A DNA stretch of 34,213 nt from Candidatus Eiseniibacteriota bacterium (GTDB lineage: Bacteria > Orphanbacterota > Orphanbacteria > Orphanbacterales > Orphanbacteraceae), in the NCBI GenBank assembly GCA_043809585.1, contig JBDROZ010000004.1, positions 1 to 34,213 of the forward strand. The letters run 5' to 3'. Positions 27,732 through 34,213 of this stretch are shown here, in pieces. The position numbers and the translations under genes are program-made. Position 1 is the stretch's first letter; each line of letters opens with the position of its first letter. The notes beneath the pieces were generated by a model. The model was given only the letters and a program-made list of their open reading frames with translations. It did no database searches and was not told where the DNA came from.

Positions 27732-29105
27732 ATGGCCGAAGCGAAACCGAAGGCGCCGCCGGTGATGCCCCCTTGCACCCACCGTCCCCCCGCGTACGAA
27801 GGGCCCTCCCGGGAGGAAGTCCGTGAACTCCGGAGCCGGTACTGCAATCCGGCCCTCTTCGCCCTCTACAAGGAACCCCTCCTCGTCGCGGACGGGCACA
27901 TGCAGTACCTCTTCGACCACACGGGGAAGCGCTACCTCGACATGATCGCGGGCATCGTCACGGTCTCCTGCGGCCACTGCCATCCGAAGGTGACGGAGAA
28001 GATGATCGAGCAGCTCCGCCGCCTCCAGCACACGACGACGATCTACCTCCACCCGAACATGCCCCGGCTCGCCGAGAAGCTCGCGTCGAAGATGCCGGAG
28101 GGCCTCGACGTCACCTACTTCGTCAACAGCGGGAGCGAGGCGAACGACCTCGCGATCCTCATGTCCCGGCTCTTCACCGGATCGAACGACGTGATCGCCG
28201 TCCGGAACGGCTACCACGGCGGGTCGGCGGTGCCGATGAGCCTGACGTCCCACCACACATGGAAGTACCCGGTCCCGACGGGCGGCCCCATTCATCACAC
28301 GGCCTGTCCCGATCCGTACCGGAGCCTCTTCGACGGGACACCGGAGGAGATCGCCGAGAAGAGCGTGAAGGAGCTCCGGGACCTGATCCGCTTCTCCACC
28401 CCCGGCCGGGTCGCGGCGTTCCTCGCCGAACCGATCCAGGGGGTCGGGGGAACGACCTCGGGCGCGCCGAACTACCTCGGCCTCGCCTACGAGGCGATCC
28501 GGGAACATGGCGGACTCTGCATCGCCGACGAGGTGCAGACCGGGTTCGGCCGGACCGGCGCGAATTACTGGGGGTTCCAGAACTCGAAGGTCGTGCCCGA
28601 CATGGTGGTGATGGCGAAGGGGTTCGGAAACGGCGTCCCGATCGGGGCGGTGACGGCGCGCCGGGAGATCGCCGAGACATTGAAACAGCGGGTCCACTTC
28701 AACACCTTCGGCGGCAACCCGGTCAGCATGGCGGCGGCCCTCGCCGTGCTCGAGGTGATCGACGAGGAGGGGCTGCAGGAGAACTGCCGGATCGTGGGGG
28801 GCCGTCTGAAGAAGGGGCTCGAGGGCCTGATGGCGGCCCATCCGATCGTGGGGGACGTCCGGGGGATGGGGCTCATGCTCGGCGTGGAGCTCGTGAAGGA
28901 CCGGGGGACGAAGGAGCCCGCGCCGGAGGCGGCGCTCCGGGTGCTCGAGGAGTGCCGGGAGATGGGCGTGCTTCTCGGCAAAGGAGGCCTCTTCGGCAAC
29001 GTGCTCCGCATCAAGCCACCCATGTGCATCACCGAGAAGGACGCGGACTTCGCGCTGGAGGTGTTCGATCGGGCCTTCGCCGCCGCGGCCTCGGCCTCGG
29101 CCTAG
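27732..29105 (+). CDS. Class III PLP aminotransferase, AGXT2/PYD4-like (beta-alanine/beta-aminoisobutyrate:pyruvate transaminase), 457 aa
   Basis: GHMQYLFD..GKRYLD..AGIVTVSCGHCHP, FVNSGSEANDLA, IADEVQTGFGRTG, MAKGFGNG (PLP Lys), HFNTFGGNP, RIKPPMCIT. Confidence 0.9.
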   Translation: MAEAKPKAPPVMPPCTHRPPAYEGPSREEVRELRSRYCNPALFALYKEPLLVADGHMQYLFDHTGKRYLDMIAGIVTVSCGHCHPKVTEKMIEQLRRLQHTTTIYLHPNMPRLAEKLASKMPEGLDVTYFVNSGSEANDLAILMSRLFTGSNDVIAVRNGYHGGSAVPMSLTSHHTWKYPVPTGGPIHHTACPDPYRSLFDGTPEEIAEKSVKELRDLIRFSTPGRVAAFLAEPIQGVGGTTSGAPNYLGLAYEAIREHGGLCIADEVQTGFGRTGANYWGFQNSKVVPDMVVMAKGFGNGVPIGAVTARREIAETLKQRVHFNTFGGNPVSMAAALAVLEVIDEEGLQENCRIVGGRLKKGLEGLMAAHPIVGDVRGMGLMLGVELVKDRGTKEPAPEAALRVLEECREMGVLLGKGGLFGNVLRIKPPMCITEKDADFALEVFDRAFAAAASASA

Positions 29106-29139
29106 GCCTTCGTTCGTTGATCGAGAGGGGAGCGTACCG

Positions 29140-30531
29140 ATGAAGCTGGAGAAGATCGTCCGCGGGGGAGACGTGGTCACTCCGGAGGGAATCCGGCGGG
29201 TCGACGTGGGAATCGCGGGGGAGAAGATCGCCGCCGTCAGGGCCGATCTGAAGTCGGAGGAGGCGGAGATCGTCGACGCCGCGGGGATGGTCGTGATCCC
29301 CGGCGTCATCGACGTGCACGTCCACCTCGAGCTCCCTTTCTGCGGGACTGTCTCGTCCGACGACTACCGGAGCGGATCCCGGGCGGGCGCGCGGGGGGGC
29401 GTCACGACGCTGATCGACTTCGCCATCCCCTACGCGGGGGAATCCCTCGGCCAGGCGGTGGACAACTGGTTCGCCCGGGCCGAAGGGAAATCGCTGATCG
29501 ACTACTCCTTCCACGTCTGCGTCACCCGGTTCCACGAGCACAAGGACCAGCTGAAGGGGATGATCGACCGGGGGATCCCGACCTTCAAGGAGTTCATGAT
29601 CTACGAGTCCGAAGGGTGGCAGTCGGACGACGCCGCCATGTTCTGGACCCTCGAGAAACTGAAGGATTGGGGCGGGATGCTCATGGTCCACGCCGAGTCC
29701 TCCCGGGTCCTGGACGAGCTGATCGCGCGCCACCACACTCCGGAGATGATGGCGAAGCACGGCGCCCGGCTTCACGGCATGTCGCGGCCGAACTTCATCG
29801 AGGAAGAGGCGATCCAGCGTTCGATCAAGTGGAGCGAGGCGACGGGCGGCCCCCTCTACGTGGTGCACATGTCGACCGGCGGCGGCGCCGAAATGATCCG
29901 CGCCTCCCAGGAGAAGGGCGTGCCCGTCCTCTCCGAGACCTGCCCCCAGTACCTGGTGCTGGACGACTCGGTCTTCGCCCGCGAGGAGGGCCACCTCTAC
30001 GCCTGCTGCCCCCAGATCAAGAAGAAGGAGGACGGCGAGCGCCTCTGGAAGGGGCTGAAAGACGGCGAGGTGTCGGTGATCTCCACCGACACGTGCAGCT
30101 TCACCCGGAAGCAGAAGGCGATGTGGGGGGGAGATTTCACGAAGATCCCCATGGGCCTTCCGGGCCTCGAGACTCTTCTTCCCGTGGTTTACACTCACGG
30201 CGTCAAGAAGGGGCGGCTCACCCTCGAGGAGATGTGCGCGAAGCTCTCGTCGAATCCGGCGAAGATCATGGGCCTCTCCTCCCGGAAGGGGGAGATCCGG
30301 GAGGGCCTCGACGCGGACCTCGCGATCATCGACCCGGAGAGGACGATGAAGGTCGACCCTTCTTCGATGGAGACGAACACCGACTGGTCCCCTTACGAAG
30401 GATGGGACCTGGCCGGCTTCTCCCGGACCACAATCGCCCGGGGCGAGGTGATCGTGGATGATTACAAAGTGATCGGAAAAGAAGGACGGGGGCGGTGGCT
30501 CCCGAGGAGCGCGCCGGTCTTCCCCGGATAG
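29140..30531 (+). CDS. hydA: Dihydropyrimidinase (D-hydantoinase), 463 aa
   Basis: PGVIDVHVH, GGVTTLIDF, FKEFMIY (carboxylated Lys), MVHAE, YVVHMS, ETCPQYL, STD, IPMGLPGLET, DADLAI. Confidence 0.93.
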   Translation: MKLEKIVRGGDVVTPEGIRRVDVGIAGEKIAAVRADLKSEEAEIVDAAGMVVIPGVIDVHVHLELPFCGTVSSDDYRSGSRAGARGGVTTLIDFAIPYAGESLGQAVDNWFARAEGKSLIDYSFHVCVTRFHEHKDQLKGMIDRGIPTFKEFMIYESEGWQSDDAAMFWTLEKLKDWGGMLMVHAESSRVLDELIARHHTPEMMAKHGARLHGMSRPNFIEEEAIQRSIKWSEATGGPLYVVHMSTGGGAEMIRASQEKGVPVLSETCPQYLVLDDSVFAREEGHLYACCPQIKKKEDGERLWKGLKDGEVSVISTDTCSFTRKQKAMWGGDFTKIPMGLPGLETLLPVVYTHGVKKGRLTLEEMCAKLSSNPAKIMGLSSRKGEIREGLDADLAIIDPERTMKVDPSSMETNTDWSPYEGWDLAGFSRTTIARGEVIVDDYKVIGKEGRGRWLPRSAPVFPG

Positions 30532-30610
30532 CCGGGAGAGCGCCGTCACGAACGATCAGTAAAATCGAAGCCGGGCCTCGGGGGCCGGGCGTCATATCGA
30601 GGATGGAAGA

Positions 30611-32086
30611 ATGAACAGCAAAGCCGCCACGGAATCGATGGTCCCGAACTTCGTCGGAGGCGCTCCGGTCCGAAGCGCCTCGGACCGTTTCCTTCCCGTC
30701 ACCGATCCCTCCACGGGGGAGACGATCGCGAAGGTCCCCCTCTCGACGAAAAAGGAACTGGACGAAGCGGTCCGGAGGGCCGCGGAGGCCCAGAAGAGCT
30801 GGGGCGTACAGTCGGTCAAGGACCGGGTGCAGGTCCTCTTCCGCCTGAAGGCCCTCATCGAGAAGAACCAGGACGAACTGATCCGGACCATCGTCAGGGA
30901 GAACGGGAAGACCGCCGAGGAGGCGGTGGGGAGCGTGCTCCGCGCCGTGGAGTGCGTCGAGTTCGCCTCCTCCCTCCCCCAGATCGCGCCGGGCGGCGTC
31001 CTCGAAGTGACCCGCGGGATCGAGTGCAGGATGATGCGCGAGCCGGTCGGTGTCGTGGCGGGCATCACCCCCTTCAACTTCCCCTTCATGGTCCCCCTCT
31101 GGATGATCCCCCTCGCCGTCGGGTGCGGGAACGCGTTCATCCTGAAACCTTCGGAGCAGACCCCCCTCTCGGCGACGCACATCGCGAACCTCTTGAACGA
31201 CGCGGGCCTCCCCGCCGGGCTCTTCTCGGTGGTGAACGGCGACCGGGAGATCGTCGAGGGAATCTGCGATCACCCGGCGATCAAGGCGGTCGGCTTCGTC
31301 GGGTCGAGCAAGGTGGCGCGCCTCGTCCACGAGAGGTGCGCGGCGGCGGGCAAGAAGGTGCGGGCCCTCGGGGGGGCGAAGAACCACCTCGTGGTGGTGC
31401 CCGACGCGGACCCGGAGATGACCGCGACGAACGTGGTCGCCTAGGCGACGGGGTGCACGGGCCAGCGGTGCATGGCGGCGAGCGTCCTCCTCGCCGTGGG
31501 GAACGTGGAGCCCATCCTCGAGAAGATCCGGGAGAAGATGGCCTCCCTCCGGGGGGGGAAGGAGCTCGGCCCCGTGATCAGCAGGCAGGCCCTCGAGCGG
31601 ATCGCCGGGTACATGGAGCGGGCGGAGAAGGGGGGCGCGAAGGTCACGGTGGACGGCCGGAAGAACGTGGCCGAGGGCGCCCACCCCGGCGGTCACTGGA
31701 TCGGCGCCTGCGTCATCGACCACGCGAAGCCGGACCACGAGGCGGCATGCGACGAGATCTTCGGCCCCACGCTCACCATCATCCGGTGCAAGACCCTGGA
31801 CGAGGCGATCGAGATCGAGAACGCCAATCCTTACGGCAACGCGGCGGCGATCTACACCTCCTCCGGCAAGGCGGCCCAACATTTCACGAGCCGGGCGTCG
31901 GCGGGAATGATCGGCGTGAACATCGGCGTCCCCGTCCCCCGGGAGCCGTTCGCCTTCGGCGGGTGGAACCTCTCCCGGTTCGGCGACGGCGACATCACCG
32001 GGCAGAGCGCCATCGACTTCTGGACGAACGCGAAGAAGATCACGACGAAATGGTCGGACGAGTTCCGTAGAGATTGGATGTCCTAG
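30611..32086 (+). pseudogene. mmsA: CoA-acylating (methyl)malonate-semialdehyde dehydrogenase, about 491 codons, interrupted by in-frame TAG at 31442-31444
   Basis: GITPFNFPFMVPLW, LKPSEQTP, FVGSS, LGGAKNH; then NVVA*ATGCTGQRCMAASV in one frame; EIFGP, NPYGNAAAIYT, GMIGVNIGVPVP, FGGW..S.FGD. Confidence 0.88.
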
Positions 32087-32093
32087 CCCGTGA

Positions 32094-32253
32094 TCGGCGG
32101 GTGGGTTCTACTGCGGGTGAGCATCGTGGGCTGCGACGGGCTTCTCCTTCGCCCGCTTACTCGACGTAGCTAGGGCTACGCCTCCGGGAGCGGGCTCGTC
32201 CGAAACCCGTCTCGCCACACGCTGCCCCCCCTCGTGACGAACCCACCCGCCGA
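32094..32253. repeat. 160-nt long-hairpin palindromic element between mmsA and preT
   Basis: Perfect 15-bp terminal inverted repeat TCGGCGGGTGGGTTC / GAACCCACCCGCCGA with nested arms (GACGGG/CCCGTC, GCCCGCT/AGCGGGC, CGTAGC/GCTACG). Confidence 0.8.
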
Positions 32254-32437
32254 CCCCGGGCTACCGGGCAGGCAAGGGGCAAGGAAGACAAGCCCTCGGC
32301 AGACCCGGGCTAGGCGTTTGGCGCGGTCGGGGAGCCCCCCGTGCTTCCGGCCACGGAATCGCGTATGAACCCGGTGGCAAGATGAACGGAGCGGATGACG
32401 ATCCTGTAGTCGGACTCCTGACAGAAGGGAGCTTCGA

Positions 32438-33775
32438 ATGGCGAAGACGAGATTGAGCGCGGAGGAGCTGGCGCGGAACTTCGCCGATCTCCATCCGCCG
32501 TACACGAGGGACGAGGCGGCGCTGGAGGCGTCGCGGTGTCTCTTCTGCTTCGACGCTCCGTGCACGCGGGCCTGCCCGACCGGCATCGACGTCCCCCGGT
32601 TCATCCGACAGATCCTGCACGACAATCCGGCGGGGGGGGCGGAGACCATCCTCGAGGAGAATGTCTTCGGAGGATCATGCGCGCGGGCGTGCCCGACCGA
32701 GGTTCTTTGCGAAGGTGCGTGCGTCGACCGGGCCCTCCATGGCGGGCCGGTCCGGATCGGCCGCCTCCAGCGGTACGCCACGGACCACGCCATGGAGCGG
32801 GGCCTCCGCTTCTTCGAGCCGGGACCGGAGAGCGGGAAGAGAGTCGCCGTGATCGGCGCGGGTCCCGCCGGCCTCTCCTCGGCCCACGAGCTACGGCGGA
32901 TGGGTCACGCCGTCACCGTGTTCGACGCCCGGGACCTTCCGGGGGGCCTGAACACCATCGGCATCTCGCCCTACAAAATCAGCACCGAGTTCGCCCTCGC
33001 CGAGGTCGACTGGACCGAGCCCATGGGCGTCGGCCTCCGGCTCGGCGCGGCGGTGGACGGGGCGATGCTCGCGAAGCTGCTCCGCGAGTACGACGCGGTC
33101 TTTCTCGGCGTCGGCCTCGGCCCCACGATCCCCCTCGGCATCCCCGGCGAGGACTCGAACGGGGTGTGGGAGGCCCTCGACTTCATCTTCCAGGCCCACA
33201 CCGGCCCGTACCGCTCGTGCGAGGTGGGCCGCCGCGTGGTCGTCATCGGCGGCGGCAACACGGCGGTCGACGTCGCGACCCAGGCGGTCCGCCTCGGCGC
33301 GGAGGAGGTCGTCATCGCCTACCGGCGCTCCCGGGAGGAGATGCCCGCCTTCGCCTACGAGTACGAGCTGGCCGTGGCGGACGGCGTCCTCTTCGAGTGG
33401 TTCGCCCTTCCCTCCGAGTTCGTGACGAAGGGGGGCGCCCTCGAAGGCGTCCGTTTCCGGCGGGCCCGGCCGGAAGGATCGGGGCGGTCCGCGAAGCTCG
33501 TCCCCGTGCCGGGGAGCGACTTCGTGATCCCCTGCGACATGGCGGTGAAGGCCCTCGGCCAGAGTCCCGCGCTCGATCTCCTCTCGGGGCTGGAAGGAAT
33601 CCGCATCGAAAAGGGCCGCGTTCTCGTCGATCCGAAGACGGGCCGCACCGGGGTCCCCGGGCTCTACGCCGGCGGGGACTGCGTCAGCTTGGGGGCGGAG
33701 ATCGTGAACGCCGTTCAGGAGGGGAAGATCGCCGCCCGCGCCATGGACCGTTCGTGGAGGGAGCCGGAGCGATGA
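32438..33775 (+). CDS. preT: Dihydropyrimidine dehydrogenase subunit PreT (GltD-like FAD/Fe-S), 445 aa
   Basis: EASRCLFCFDAPCTRACPT, CARACPTEVLCEGAC, IGAGPAG, IGGGNTAVD, YAGGDC; directly upstream of preA. Confidence 0.92.
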   Translation: MAKTRLSAEELARNFADLHPPYTRDEAALEASRCLFCFDAPCTRACPTGIDVPRFIRQILHDNPAGGAETILEENVFGGSCARACPTEVLCEGACVDRALHGGPVRIGRLQRYATDHAMERGLRFFEPGPESGKRVAVIGAGPAGLSSAHELRRMGHAVTVFDARDLPGGLNTIGISPYKISTEFALAEVDWTEPMGVGLRLGAAVDGAMLAKLLREYDAVFLGVGLGPTIPLGIPGEDSNGVWEALDFIFQAHTGPYRSCEVGRRVVVIGGGNTAVDVATQAVRLGAEEVVIAYRRSREEMPAFAYEYELAVADGVLFEWFALPSEFVTKGGALEGVRFRRARPEGSGRSAKLVPVPGSDFVIPCDMAVKALGQSPALDLLSGLEGIRIEKGRVLVDPKTGRTGVPGLYAGGDCVSLGAEIVNAVQEGKIAARAMDRSWREPER

Positions 33776-34213
33776 AGAAGCCGAATCTGGAATCGACGAT
33801 CTGCGGCGTCCACTCCCCGAATCCGTTCTGGCTCGCGAGCGGTCCGCCGACCAACTCGGCCTATCAGGTCGATCGTGCGTTCGAGGCGGGATGGGGCGGC
33901 GTGGTCTGGAAAACGCTCAGCCACGAACCGATCGTGAACGTGTCGTCCCGGTACGGGGCGGTCGACTACGACGGCCGCAAGATCATGGGATTCAACAATA
34001 TAGAACTGATCACGGACCGTTCTCTCGAGGAGAATCTCCGGGAGATCCGGGAGGTGAAAAGACGGTGGCCGGACCACGCCGTGGTCGTCTCCCTCATGGT
34101 GGAGAGCAACCGCGAGGCGTGGCACGACATCGTGCAAAAAGTGGAGGAGACCGGCTGCGACGGACTGGAGCTGAACTTCGGGTGCCCCCACGGCATGAGC
34201 GAACGGGGGATGG
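33772..34213 (+). CDS. preA: Dihydropyrimidine dehydrogenase subunit PreA (FMN), partial, runs off the window
   Basis: Not in the ORF track. ATGA overlap with the preT stop; translates MKKPNLESTICGVHSPNPFWLASGPPTN..AFEAGWGGVVWKTL..GFNNIELITDR..LELNFGCPHGMSERGM. Confidence 0.93.
   Translation, partial: MKKPNLESTICGVHSPNPFWLASGPPTNSAYQVDRAFEAGWGGVVWKTLSHEPIVNVSSRYGAVDYDGRKIMGFNNIELITDRSLEENLREIREVKRRWPDHAVVVSLMVESNREAWHDIVQKVEETGCDGLELNFGCPHGMSERGM

Noticed and set aside
21162-31444. Genome-wide reassignment of TAG to an amino acid
   Set aside because: TAG is the evident true stop of many genes here (ends at 2307, 4107, 11630, 13856, 19521, 23892, 29105, 30531, 32086), and the two internal TAGs seem to replace different residues (probably Trp and Ser).
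31445-31475. PYLIS/SECIS-like hairpin after the mmsA TAG
   Set aside because: Only a stem of about 6 bp (GTGCAC/GTGCAT), expected by chance at this GC content.

Overview
High-GC bacterial window with four parts. (1) 206-2207: ptb-buk acyl-phosphate pair. (2) 2307-13226: four predicted secreted proteins: a GH76-like helical-barrel protein, a 7-bladed SBBP beta-propeller protein, a 1546-aa S8 protease and a small protein. The first three end in an FlgD-Ig/T9SS-like C-terminal domain; the fourth ends in a short SWGxxKxLFR tail. Dense palindromic REP-like repeats separate them. This secretome style suggests an FCB-related candidate lineage such as Eisenbacteria/Krumholzibacteriota (inference only). 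(3) About 13230-23850: an accessory, probably anti-phage island on the minus strand. It holds a large Eco57I/type IIG-like N6-adenine methyltransferase interrupted by one in-frame TAG, an orphan 127-aa gene, an XRE-ImmA/IrrE peptidase plus DUF4411 PIN pair, and a PLD-nuclease/SNF2-helicase fusion, ending at a decayed IS110 element with a structured non-coding end. (4) 23892-34213: a saccharopine dehydrogenase-like gene divergent from a full reductive pyrimidine catabolism cluster (beta-ureidopropionase, NCS1 transporter, class III aminotransferase, hydA, mmsA with an in-frame TAG, preT, partial preA). No rRNA, tRNA or CRISPR array was recognised. All calls come from motif reading; no database searches were run.
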